Assembly: GCA_017936045.1 (NCBI GenBank)
Contig: JAGBGJ010000042.1
Span: 1-41,893 of the forward strand
Reading direction: 5' to 3'
DNA: 41,893 bases
Origin: Clostridia bacterium
GTDB taxonomy: Bacteria; Bacillota; Clostridia; Oscillospirales; Acutalibacteraceae
The notes below the pieces were generated by a model. That model had not been told where the DNA came from. It worked only from the letters and a program-made list of their open reading frames with translations, and did no database searches. Below, piece by piece: positions 1-8,757 of the stretch. The stretch's first letter is position 1, and each line of letters begins with the position of its first letter. The translations under genes were made by a program, and so were the position numbers.

Positions 1-481
1 CGGGCTTTTTATAGTCCGAACCGAGCTTTGAAAAAACCTTATTCCAGGAAACACCGATAGAAACGGTAATTCCAAGCTCATACTTTACCTGCTGCCTGAT
101 TTTTTCGGCCAGAATTCGCCCCTGTTCTATATCCTGCACATTGTCGGTAACATCTAACCAACATTCATCCAGCCCAAAGGATTCCACCTTGTCGGTGTAC
201 CTAAGGTAAATTTGCCTTGCCATATTCGAAAATCGAACATATAAGGGATAGTTGGGCGGCACAACCACCAAATCGGGGCAGCGGTTCAGCGCCTGCCACA
301 GCGGCATTGCCGTTTTAACACCCCTTGCGGCGGCAATACCGTTTGCCGTAAGCACAATGCCATGCCGTTTTTCAACGCTGCCGCCAACAGCCACGGGGAA
401 CTCCCTTATTTCGGGTCTGTGCAGGCATTCCACAGAGGCAAAAAATTTGTTGCAGTCAACGTGAAAAATCACCCTATCCAA
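1..481 (-). CDS. dinB: DNA polymerase IV (Y-family translesion polymerase), N-terminal ~160 codons; the rest lies beyond the left window edge
   Basis: The ORF is open-ended, so it is absent from the ORF track. Minus-strand translation from TTG at 481..479 reads LDRVIFHVDCNKFFASVECLHRPEIREFPVAVGG..RHGIVLTANGIAAARGVKTAMPLWQALNRCPDLVVVPPNYPLY..LDECWLDVT..SIGVSWNKVFSKLGSDYKKP. This is the canonical DinB/UmuC N-terminus. GGAGG lies 8 nt upstream of the TTG. Confidence 0.85.
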   Translation of the reverse strand, partial: MDRVIFHVDCNKFFASVECLHRPEIREFPVAVGGSVEKRHGIVLTANGIAAARGVKTAMPLWQALNRCPDLVVVPPNYPLYVRFSNMARQIYLRYTDKVESFGLDECWLDVTDNVQDIEQGRILAEKIRQQVKYELGITVSIGVSWNKVFSKLGSDYKKP

Positions 482-512
482 TGCCTGCACCTCCTAAAAA
501 TCACAACGTAAA

Positions 513-526
513 AGAACAAATGTTCG
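513..526. promoter_or_regulatory. LexA (SOS / Cheo) box in the dinB promoter
   Basis: AGAACAAATGTTCG is a GAAC-N4-GTTC inverted repeat matching the Firmicutes LexA consensus CGAACnnnnGTTCG. It sits 5 nt downstream of the -10 element of the dinB promoter. Confidence 0.7.
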
Positions 527-531
527 TAACG

Positions 532-560
532 ATTTTACTCCCGAAATTCCAAAAAGTCAA
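532..560 (-). promoter_or_regulatory. sigma-A type promoter of dinB
   Basis: The minus strand reads TTGACT, a 17-nt spacer, then TAAAAT. Confidence 0.55.
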
Positions 561-715
561 TAGAAAAATCAAAAAATGAATTTAGTGGCAAAAAAGTAAA
601 AATAATGCTTTTCTTTTTGGTTGATATGTGATATAATACTACATATTAACCATAATAGTTGATTATTATTATAATTTTTCAACAATTTTTCGGCTCTATG
701 CAAAGGAGGATAACT

Positions 716-1627
716 ATGAGTTACAAGCCCGACAACAAAAACTTAAGCCCCGATTATAAGTTTGTTTGGGGTGATGAGTTCGACGGCGATACCCTTAATC
801 CCGAAAAATGGACCTTGCGCCTAAAAATGGGTGGAAACGAAAGGGTCAAGGTTTCATCCGACCCCGACACAATCTATGTGAAAGATGGTAAGCTTCATCT
901 TATTGCCCACAAAATGGAAGATGGAACATACAAGGTTCCCACATCGGTTATAACACAGGATACAATGAACTTTAAGTATGGCTATGCCGAAATAAAGGCA
1001 AAGGTTCCTTATATGAATGGTGTGTGGCCCTCCTACTGGACACAGTCCACCGCTAACCGCCATATGGCATCACTCCTTCCTGCAGAGAATAAAAAGGTTA
1101 TGGCAGAGGTTGATATTTTTGAAATATTTGCAAACAACCGCGTTGCCGCAAACTACATAAAATGGGTGCTCGATAAGGATGAAGAAAATCCCGAAAGACC
1201 CCGCACCTGGTACTATGCAAATGCTTTCCGTACCAAGGCAAAAACCTTTACCGAGGAAGAGTTCAAAACCATTAACGATGAATATCATATTTACGGTTAT
1301 GAATGGACCGAGGATTTCATAAGAATGTATTTCGATGGCGAGGTTTATGCCGAATTCCAAATTAAAGAGAACTACACAAAGAACGATACCGATGAATACT
1401 TTGAGGATACCGTTCCCATTTATAACGATAGAACAGGCGCCGATATGAGCTGCTTCCACGACCCGCAGTATTTGATTTTCAATAATCACTTATTCGACCA
1501 GGGAGTATCCACAGCCAGTACATCTGTTACCGAGTTTCCTGAATTCACCTCTGCCACCTATTCCATTGAATATTGCAGAGTTTTTAAGAAGGATGGAGTC
1601 GGTGATTTCGCAATAAAAACAAAATAG
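716..1627 (+). CDS. Glycoside hydrolase family 16 (beta-glucanase/laminarinase-like), stand-alone catalytic domain without signal peptide
   Basis: AAAGGAGG lies 7 nt before ATG 716; the track start at 659 is an AT-rich upstream extension. GH16 blocks are present: FVWGDEFDG, GVWPSYW, the catalytic strand EVDIFE (1106-1123) and DPQYLIFNNHLF. The N-terminus MSYKPDNKNLSPDYK is not hydrophobic. Confidence 0.85.
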   Translation: MSYKPDNKNLSPDYKFVWGDEFDGDTLNPEKWTLRLKMGGNERVKVSSDPDTIYVKDGKLHLIAHKMEDGTYKVPTSVITQDTMNFKYGYAEIKAKVPYMNGVWPSYWTQSTANRHMASLLPAENKKVMAEVDIFEIFANNRVAANYIKWVLDKDEENPERPRTWYYANAFRTKAKTFTEEEFKTINDEYHIYGYEWTEDFIRMYFDGEVYAEFQIKENYTKNDTDEYFEDTVPIYNDRTGADMSCFHDPQYLIFNNHLFDQGVSTASTSVTEFPEFTSATYSIEYCRVFKKDGVGDFAIKTK

Positions 1628-1642
1628 AAAGGGAGAAAAATT

Positions 1643-1876
1643 ATGGAGAAAAGAACAAACAAAATTATTTCTCTTGTTCTTGCAATATCCTTATTGCTTT
1701 CAATGTTCACCGTAAATATGTTTGTTTCGGCTGAAGATATTGCAATTTGGGATGGTTCAAGAACAGCCCCCACCGAAGGCGCGGTACTGCACTTGACCCG
1801 TATAAAATTACAAACGGCGCCGAGCTTGCACACGTTATCGTGTCCGGTGGCGGAGCAAACACCTATTATCAGTTGA
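1643..1876 (+). CDS. N-terminal fragment (signal peptide plus start of module 1) of the giant GH16 protein, cut off by a frameshift
   Basis: GGGAG RBS precedes ATG 1643. MEKRTNKIISLVLAISLLLSMFTVNMFVSAEDIAIWDGSRTAPTEG has a Sec signal (VSA/ED) and the module-opening WDG..P..G motif. After ~1783 the homologous sequence continues in the frame of ORF 1747..8613. Confidence 0.6.
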   Translation: MEKRTNKIISLVLAISLLLSMFTVNMFVSAEDIAIWDGSRTAPTEGAVLHLTRIKLQTAPSLHTLSCPVAEQTPIIS

Positions 1877-4800
1877 CAAAGGACATCTACCTTAACGATG
1901 TTGATAAAATCAACTGGACTACAGGTGTGCCCGCTGATGGCTATACACCTAATTCTTGGTATGAAGTTTGGCTAACCAACGATAAGCTTGGCGGTTCCGA
2001 CTTCCAGGGCATCATCAACGGTAACGGACACGTTATTTACGGTCTTTACTACGAAGAAAATCCTGCTACTTATCAGATTTATCAAGAGGGTGCAGCCTTA
2101 ATTCCCAGAGTTAAAGAGGGTGGAGATGCTACCATTGTAAATCTTGGAATGGACTATGTGTATGTTCATGATAACTGTACGGCTTCTGCTTTCGTAGCCG
2201 TAACAATGGGTGCGGGTACAACAATTAATATTGATAGTTGCTATGTGGGCGCCAATGCCACACTTAAAGCTGCCAATGCCGGTGCGTTCCGTGGTTATGC
2301 AAGGGAATCCAGCGGCGGTTCAATTACTAACTGCTATACACTTGCTACAACAGTAGGCACCACTTCTGACGGACTTTCTGCTTACAACTGGGAATCTTCC
2401 GGCGACCAGCTTTTAATTGCTAACTGCTACAATGCAAACGGTGCTATTGCTTCAAACCATAGTGATACCGGCTATTACGCAGTTGTAGAAAATTGCTATG
2501 AAACCGAAGCCAGTTTATTCAGCGAAGGCAATACACTTCTTGTTGCAGAAAATATGCAGGGCACAGATGTTTTCACAAATGAAAACAAGATGACAGGGCT
2601 CAACACAAGCAATAAGTATGTTGCTACAGAAACCTATCCTATACTTAAGGCATTTATAGATGATGCCGAGGAACCCGTAGAACCCGAGATTCCCGATTAC
2701 GAGGTTTGGAGCGGAAATTCTGTAGAACCCACCGAAACCGATGATAAAGGCAATATCCTTATTAATAATGCCGAAGAGCTTGCATATATTATTGAAAACG
2801 GCGGTGGAGCAGGTAATAACTACAAGCTCACTACCGATATCTATCTCAACTATCTTAATATGATTGATTGGACCACAGGTAACGCTATTGGTTCTTATCG
2901 CATAAACTCTTGGAAAGACAGTGTTGCCTTCCAGGGTAATATCGATGGCGATGGCTTTGTTGTTTATGGTCTTTATATTAAGAAGAACGGTACTCCTGGC
3001 TGGGGCTTTAGCGGTCAGGGACTTATCCCCAGAGTTGAAGCAGGCGCCAGCGTAAGTGTAACCGCACTTGGTATTGACTATGCCTATGTTGCAGGTGTAA
3101 ACGGAGCATCGGCCTTTGTAGGCTTTGCAGGAACACAAAACGCAAATGTAAGAGCAAATGTTACTATTGATAAATGTTATGTTGGCGAAAATGTTGTATT
3201 AACAGGTAATGATGCCGGAGCATTCCGCGGCGGCGCATATGAATCCAACACAACAATTACCAATTCTTATTCTTTAGCAACCTTAAACGGTGCAACTACT
3301 AAGGGCCTTATTGGTAACCACTGGAATGTAAACGTAGCTATAGAAAACAGCTTTAACGCCAAGGGCGCTATAACCAGTGATGTTTATGAGTGGCCAAACA
3401 TTGCCGCTAACCTTAAAAACGTTTATGCTACCGATTCAGGAAAGTACACCAGCGAAGTAACACAGCTTACTGCCGAGAATATGAAGGGCTACGATGTACT
3501 TAAGAATGCTTCCAAAATGCCCAACCTTAACGCAGGCGGCGCATTCTATGCAACCGAAGGTTATCCTGTTCTTCGCGTATTCCTTGCAAAAACAAATCCC
3601 GAACTTTTAAAGGTTTGGGATGGCGCATCCAAAACACAGCCTGCAGGCGAGGGAAATGAAACTTCTCCCTATCTTGTATCTAACGGTGCCGAGCTTGCTT
3701 GGGTAATTTCCAACTGCAAGAACGGCGAAAACATTAAACTTACCGATGATATTTATCTTAATCTGCTCGATAAAATCAACTGGGCAACCGGCGAAGCCAA
3801 TGAGAGCTACACCCCCAACACTTGGATTAGTGATGTAGGCTTTAACGGTAATATCGATGGTGATGGTCATATAGTTTACGGTGTTTACTATAACGCAGGC
3901 CTTACTACCGACCAAATGACCGAAGGCTGGGATTCTCCCGCAGCACTTATCCCCGGTGTTGCAAACGGCGCTAACATTACCATTCAAAAGCTTGGCGTTG
4001 ATAATATGTTTATCAATGCAAATAGCGTGGCTTCTGCTTTTGTAGGTCTGGCCGGTAACAGCAGCGCAAACACCGATGCCGACAGAACCATAATTACCAT
4101 AGACCAATGCTTTGTTGGCTCACATGTAGATGTAACTGCATTTTCCGCAGGTGTATTCCGCGGCTTCTCTAAGAACAACGGAATGTATATCTACAATTCT
4201 TATAATCTCGGTAAATTCCGTTCCAATGCCGATAAAGCATCCGATATAGATGCCGGCACTTATGACTACAGATTCTCTTGGTTTGTAGCAAACAGCTGGG
4301 GACTTAAAGATGAGCTCTTTATAGAAAACTGCTATAATGCTACAGGCGCTATATTTAAGGGCAGCTGGGCAGTGCTTCATTCTCAAATTGTAAACAGCTA
4401 TGCCGCAGGTCTTACTCAGGATAAGGATGGCGATGGCGTTGCAGAAGAGGTTTGGTACTCTGCTGCAGGAAACACTCCTTTAACCGAAGACCAAATGAAG
4501 GGTAAGGATGTTTTCTCTGCTTCTGCCAAAATGCCCCTACTTAACTCCAAGGGTATGTATGTGGCTCGCGCAGGTTATCCACTGCTTAAGGTATTCGTAG
4601 GCGAAGCTGCTCAAATGCCCGAGGGTGTGTGGGATGGTTATAGCGTAGCCAAGCCCGCAGGTCTTGGAACAATTGTCAGCCCTTATCTTATTGCAACTCC
4701 TGCAGAGCTTGCATGGGCCATTTCTAACGGCGGCGGAGCTGATATGTATTTCTTACTTACAGCTGATATTTATCTAAACGATGTTTCTAAGATTAATTGG

Positions 4801-7800
4801 CTTACAGGTGAGGTAGCAGAGGATTATGCCCCCAACACCTGGTATAACAATGTGGCCTTCCAGGGCAATCTCGATGGTAACGGACACGTAGTATACGGTC
4901 TTTACTATGAAGATGAGCAAGAGTCTATGACTTGGGGCTACAATGGTAAGGGTCTTATCCCCAGAGTTAATCTTGGCACAAACGTTACGGTTAAAAGACT
5001 TGGTGTTGATAAGTCTTATATTTCCGGTAGAAACGGTGCTTCTGCCTTTGTAGGCTTTATTGGAGCATTAAACGACTCTCAAGCAACAACAGATTACGCA
5101 AACCTTACTATCGACCAGTGTTATGTTGGTGCTGATGTTGCAATTATTGCCAATCAGGCAGGCGCACTCCGCGGCGGCGTTAAGGGCGGAAACACAACAA
5201 TTACCAACAGCTACTCATTAGCACAGCTTACTACAGTTGGAGCTAACGGTACAAAGGGTCTTGCCGCTAACCTTTGGTCAGCTTACTTAACGGTTAAAAA
5301 TTCCTATAATGCAACCGATGCTATTACAACCGATGAATATATGAGTGGTTGCTTTACCTTTAGTGGTGCTTACGCCATAGATGCAGGTGCATATTATAAT
5401 AGTGTATATGTAGTTGTTGCAGACAAGATGCAGGGTACAGATGCACTTAAAAACGTACTTAAAATGCCATACCTCGATGCACAAAACCGCTTTATTGCAA
5501 CCGAAGGCTATCCTGTACTTCGTGCTTTTGAAAAGGCACAGTCAGGCGGCGAAGGTGGAGAAGGTGGAGAAGAGCCCGAAGCACCCACTGTGGATATTTG
5601 GGATGGTCAAACCCATACCGAACCTACCGCAACCGATAGCGAAGGCAATATCCTTATTGCAAACGGTGCCGAGCTTGCTTGGGTAATTGAAAACGGCGGT
5701 GCAGCCGATAAAACCTATAAATTAACTGCTGATATCTACCTTAACGATATTACAAAAATTAACTGGGCAACAGGTGAAGCAAAAGATGGATATACACCTA
5801 ACCAGTGGCTCCCAAACAAAGCTTTCCAAGGAACCATTAACGGTGATGGATATGTAGTTTACGGACTCTATTCTAAGGTGGATACCGATGCGTATGTTTT
5901 CGGATATTTAGGTCAGGGACTTATTCCCAGAGTAAATAACGGAACAACTGCTAATATTACCTCTCTCGGTGTCGATAAGGCTTATATCGTAGGACCTAAC
6001 GCGGCATCTGCCTTTGTTGGTTTCTTAGGACCCGAAAAGTATGATGAGACAGTAGAATATGCTACAGTTAATATCGACCAATGTTATGTTGGTGCAGATG
6101 TTTATATGGAATCCTTCTGTGCAGGTGCATTCCGCGGCGGTAACTACAGGGGCTATACCAACATTACCAACTGTTATTCACTCGGTACGGTTGTAAGCCG
6201 TGAATCGAATACAGATGGATTTGTCGGCGGTCTTTGGTCGGCAGGTGTTACAGTATATAACTCCTTTAATGCAAAAGGTTCTCTTTGCCACATATGGTCA
6301 AACTTTACCGCAGGCGGCAACAACTATGCAACCGGTTGGGATGAAGACAAGACTGCCGCAGGCGAGGGCTTAGTAGCCTACCGTGCAGATAAAATAGATG
6401 CCGCTAATATGCAGGGCCTTGATGTGTTCTCAAATGAAGCTAAAATGCCCAAACTTAATTCAACCGGCGTTTATGTTGCAACAAGGGGTTACCCCATGCT
6501 TAGCGTATTTGCTAGACGCACCAACCCCGAACTCTTTAAGTATTGGGATGGTAAAACTCAGACAGCACCCAAGGGCGAAGGTACCGAAGCTTCACCCTAT
6601 CTAATTTCTAATGGTGCCGAGCTTGCATACATTATTGCAAACGGTGGCGGAGCAGATAAGTATTATAAATTAACCGCAGATATTTACCTCAATGAACTTG
6701 GTAAAATCAACTGGGCAACAGGTGAAGCCAACGATGGCTACACACCTAATGTTTGGAATTTTGAAAACGCAGCATTCGAAGGTAATATCAACGGTAACGG
6801 TTATGTTGTTTATGGTCTCTACTTCAAGACTACAAACGATGCCAGCGCATTCGGCTACTACGGTATCGGTCTTATCCCCAGAGTTAATCTCGGAGCCAGC
6901 GTAACCATTAATTCGCTCGGTGTTGACTACGCTTACTTAAGCGGTGTAAACGGTGCTTCTGCATTCGTAGGCTCCGCAGGCGCTACATCCGGCGGAGATG
7001 ATATATCCTCCAAAGCAAATGTTACTATCGACAAGTGCTATGCAGGTGAAAACGTAACCATTATGGGTCACGATATCGGCGCATTCCGTGGCACAACCTA
7101 CGGCTCGGTTACAACTATTACAAACTCTTACTCTTTGGCAACTCTTGAAGATGTTGAATCCAAAGGTTTTGTTGGTAATCTTTGGGGCGCAACAGTAGTT
7201 GTTGAAAACAGCTTCAATGCAAACGGACCTATCGCTAACGAGAGCTGGCTCTGGACAGATGTCGGCGAAAACTTCAAAAATGTTTACGCTACCGATAACA
7301 CCTTATATGTAGGCGAGGTAACACGCATTACATTAGATGAAATAACGGGTCTTTCGGCACTCTCCAAACTTGCCGGCTTATCAAGCGATATCTTTGTTCC
7401 CGTTGCAGACAAGACTCCCGTTATTAAGGACTTCCTAAAGCTTGCCGCTACAAAGGTAGAAACCGACTATATCGGATATACACATTCACAGTTTGCCGAT
7501 TACTACACAACTGCAGATGCTTCCAAGTATTTCTGGCGTTATAATCGTATTGATGCAAATGCCGATGAAGATATGGATATTTGCGACCTTGTTTATGCCA
7601 CACTTAACTATAACAGCGGCAACGGCAGCCTTGATGTTGATAACGATAATCAGGCCACAAGATTTGATATCACCGTTCTCCGCAAGGCATTAATTGGCGA
7701 TACCGATTATGAAGAGCCTCCAGTAAAGCTTGCTCCCTACAACTCTAATCTCACAGGCACCTACAACCTAGTATGGGGCGATGAGTTCAACGGCACCTAT

Positions 7801-8613
7801 CTCGATGCCGATAAGTGGGGAGTATACTCCAAGATGGAAGCCAATCCCGAAAAGGGCTATTTCAACGATAAGGATGAAAATGTTATTGATGTTGTAGATG
7901 GCAACCTTAAGCTTACCGCTTATAAGGATGCCGATGGCAACTATCATAGCCCCACCTCGGTAGTTACCCAAAACACCATGAACTTCAAGTACGGTTATGT
8001 TGAAATCCGTGCTAAGCTTCCCCTTCAGGTAGGTGTTTGGTCCTCTTTCTGGGCTAAATCGGTAGCCGATAAGTCAGATGTTAAGAGCGTTGTTTCTACC
8101 GATAACCATGTTGTTGGTGAGGTAGATATCTTCGAAGTATTCGATAGAAACCGTGTTTGCGGTAACATCATTAAGTGGGACCCCAATGTCCTTGAAGGCG
8201 AAACAACCACCTGGTATCCCACCGCTATGAATACCGCACAGTGTGTAGTACCTCCCGATGATGGTCTGTTCCACATCTACGCTTATGAGTGGACACCCAC
8301 CGAAATCAAGTTCTACTACGATGGTGTTATGTATGCCCGCTTCGACATTACCGAGCCTTGGCTCAACCCCGGCGAAGATGGAAAGGGTAAAGATGGATAC
8401 GAGTATAATATTAAGGATGAAACAGGTTCTGATATGTCCTGCTACCAAGACCCGCAGTACCTTATCTTTAATAACCACCTCTTCTATGAGGATGTATCTA
8501 ACGCTAATACTCACATTAACATCAGTAACCCCGACTTCGAATCGGCCGATTATTTAATCGACTATTGCCGAGTATATCAGCTTGAAGGTCAGGGAGAAAT
8601 CTATACAAAATAA
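1747..8613 (+). CDS. Giant modular protein body: six tandem beta-helix-like modules, a dockerin-like segment and a C-terminal GH16 domain (intact gene would be 1643..8613 after frameshift repair)
   Basis: This is a 2288-aa ORF. Real homology starts at GTALDPYKITNGAELAHVIV (~1783). Upstream of that the frame reads MGWFKNSPHRRR, which is out-of-frame junk. The catalytic EVDIFE is at 8119-8136, and a terminator follows the stop. Confidence 0.9.
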   Translation: MGWFKNSPHRRRGTALDPYKITNGAELAHVIVSGGGANTYYQLTKDIYLNDVDKINWTTGVPADGYTPNSWYEVWLTNDKLGGSDFQGIINGNGHVIYGLYYEENPATYQIYQEGAALIPRVKEGGDATIVNLGMDYVYVHDNCTASAFVAVTMGAGTTINIDSCYVGANATLKAANAGAFRGYARESSGGSITNCYTLATTVGTTSDGLSAYNWESSGDQLLIANCYNANGAIASNHSDTGYYAVVENCYETEASLFSEGNTLLVAENMQGTDVFTNENKMTGLNTSNKYVATETYPILKAFIDDAEEPVEPEIPDYEVWSGNSVEPTETDDKGNILINNAEELAYIIENGGGAGNNYKLTTDIYLNYLNMIDWTTGNAIGSYRINSWKDSVAFQGNIDGDGFVVYGLYIKKNGTPGWGFSGQGLIPRVEAGASVSVTALGIDYAYVAGVNGASAFVGFAGTQNANVRANVTIDKCYVGENVVLTGNDAGAFRGGAYESNTTITNSYSLATLNGATTKGLIGNHWNVNVAIENSFNAKGAITSDVYEWPNIAANLKNVYATDSGKYTSEVTQLTAENMKGYDVLKNASKMPNLNAGGAFYATEGYPVLRVFLAKTNPELLKVWDGASKTQPAGEGNETSPYLVSNGAELAWVISNCKNGENIKLTDDIYLNLLDKINWATGEANESYTPNTWISDVGFNGNIDGDGHIVYGVYYNAGLTTDQMTEGWDSPAALIPGVANGANITIQKLGVDNMFINANSVASAFVGLAGNSSANTDADRTIITIDQCFVGSHVDVTAFSAGVFRGFSKNNGMYIYNSYNLGKFRSNADKASDIDAGTYDYRFSWFVANSWGLKDELFIENCYNATGAIFKGSWAVLHSQIVNSYAAGLTQDKDGDGVAEEVWYSAAGNTPLTEDQMKGKDVFSASAKMPLLNSKGMYVARAGYPLLKVFVGEAAQMPEGVWDGYSVAKPAGLGTIVSPYLIATPAELAWAISNGGGADMYFLLTADIYLNDVSKINWLTGEVAEDYAPNTWYNNVAFQGNLDGNGHVVYGLYYEDEQESMTWGYNGKGLIPRVNLGTNVTVKRLGVDKSYISGRNGASAFVGFIGALNDSQATTDYANLTIDQCYVGADVAIIANQAGALRGGVKGGNTTITNSYSLAQLTTVGANGTKGLAANLWSAYLTVKNSYNATDAITTDEYMSGCFTFSGAYAIDAGAYYNSVYVVVADKMQGTDALKNVLKMPYLDAQNRFIATEGYPVLRAFEKAQSGGEGGEGGEEPEAPTVDIWDGQTHTEPTATDSEGNILIANGAELAWVIENGGAADKTYKLTADIYLNDITKINWATGEAKDGYTPNQWLPNKAFQGTINGDGYVVYGLYSKVDTDAYVFGYLGQGLIPRVNNGTTANITSLGVDKAYIVGPNAASAFVGFLGPEKYDETVEYATVNIDQCYVGADVYMESFCAGAFRGGNYRGYTNITNCYSLGTVVSRESNTDGFVGGLWSAGVTVYNSFNAKGSLCHIWSNFTAGGNNYATGWDEDKTAAGEGLVAYRADKIDAANMQGLDVFSNEAKMPKLNSTGVYVATRGYPMLSVFARRTNPELFKYWDGKTQTAPKGEGTEASPYLISNGAELAYIIANGGGADKYYKLTADIYLNELGKINWATGEANDGYTPNVWNFENAAFEGNINGNGYVVYGLYFKTTNDASAFGYYGIGLIPRVNLGASVTINSLGVDYAYLSGVNGASAFVGSAGATSGGDDISSKANVTIDKCYAGENVTIMGHDIGAFRGTTYGSVTTITNSYSLATLEDVESKGFVGNLWGATVVVENSFNANGPIANESWLWTDVGENFKNVYATDNTLYVGEVTRITLDEITGLSALSKLAGLSSDIFVPVADKTPVIKDFLKLAATKVETDYIGYTHSQFADYYTTADASKYFWRYNRIDANADEDMDICDLVYATLNYNSGNGSLDVDNDNQATRFDITVLRKALIGDTDYEEPPVKLAPYNSNLTGTYNLVWGDEFNGTYLDADKWGVYSKMEANPEKGYFNDKDENVIDVVDGNLKLTAYKDADGNYHSPTSVVTQNTMNFKYGYVEIRAKLPLQVGVWSSFWAKSVADKSDVKSVVSTDNHVVGEVDIFEVFDRNRVCGNIIKWDPNVLEGETTTWYPTAMNTAQCVVPPDDGLFHIYAYEWTPTEIKFYYDGVMYARFDITEPWLNPGEDGKGKDGYEYNIKDETGSDMSCYQDPQYLIFNNHLFYEDVSNANTHINISNPDFESADYLIDYCRVYQLEGQGEIYTK
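1748..7440 (+). repeat. Six tandem coding repeats of a ~305-340-aa module (period ~910-1015 nt), diverged at nucleotide level
   Basis: The module-opening Trp codons are at 1748, 2707, 3616, 4630, 5599 and 6544. Each module opens xWDG....P..G.G...SPY.I..GAELA..I..GG....Y.LT.DIYLN..(K)INW.TG and continues F(Q/N)G.I(D/N)G(N/D)GH.VYG(L/V)Y. Rungs of type ID(Q/K)CYVG, ITNSYSLA and ENSFNA follow. Each module closes M.G.D......KMP.LN......AT.GYP.L..F. Confidence 0.85.
7552..7698 (+). other. Dockerin-like module (two EF-hand-type Ca-loop plus helix segments), internal to the giant protein
   Basis: The sequence DANADEDMDICDLVYATL...DVDNDNQATRFDITVLRKALIG contains two 12-residue loops with D/N at positions 1, 3, 5 and 12. 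Each loop is followed by an amphipathic helix, as in type I dockerins. Confidence 0.6.
7762..8610 (+). other. GH16 catalytic domain of the giant protein
   Basis: The blocks LVWGDEFNG, GVWSSFW, EVDIFEVF, HIYAYEWTPTEIKFYYDG and DPQYLIFNNHLF are collinear with gene 716..1627. Confidence 0.85.
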
Positions 8614-8630
8614 TAGATTAAATTTAAAAA

Positions 8631-8660
8631 GCCCATCCGCTTTTGCGGATGGGCTTTTCC
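8631..8660 (+). terminator. Rho-independent terminator of the giant gene
   Basis: GCCCATCCGC tttt GCGGATGGGC forms the hairpin and is followed by TTTTCC. Confidence 0.85.
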
Positions 8661-8661
8661 C

Positions 8662-8690
8662 TTGACACAAAGAGGTTTCAAGGGTAAAAT
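8662..8690 (+). promoter_or_regulatory. sigma-A type promoter of the second modular GH16 gene
   Basis: The sequence is TTGACA, a 17-nt spacer, then TAAAAT. It lies immediately after the preceding terminator. Confidence 0.6.
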
Positions 8691-8757
8691 TAACATATAT
8701 TATATATGAATAGTTTTACACAAAACAATACAAAACTGCGAAAGGGAAAAGAATATT

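Noticed and set aside
252-464. A 70-aa plus-strand ORF at the left edge.
   Set aside because: It lies antisense inside the DinB N-terminal coding region, which is absent from the track only because it is open-ended.
659-715. Upstream extensions of track ORFs taken as real N-termini: 659 for GH16, 31031 for GNAT, 36999 for luxS, 35621 for the response regulator, 20371 for secA, 26318 for galT and 23901 for the Cys-rich protein.
   Set aside because: In each case an internal ATG is preceded by a well-spaced AGGAGG-type RBS and gives the family-typical N-terminus. The extensions run through promoters or AT-rich spacers.
5551-5574. A short tandem repeat, GAAGGTGGA x2 (+GAAGAG), encoding GGEGGEGGEE.
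   Set aside because: This is an ordinary Gly/Glu inter-module linker with only two copies. There is no evidence of slippage-prone length or a regulatory role.
2515-8514. Many 60-200-aa minus-strand or out-of-frame ORFs inside the giant gene, for example 2515..3138, 3607..4107 and 8074..8514.
   Set aside because: All are nested in a 2,288-aa ORF with strong internal repeat conservation in one frame. Their sequences are hydrophobic or odd-composition mirror images of that frame.
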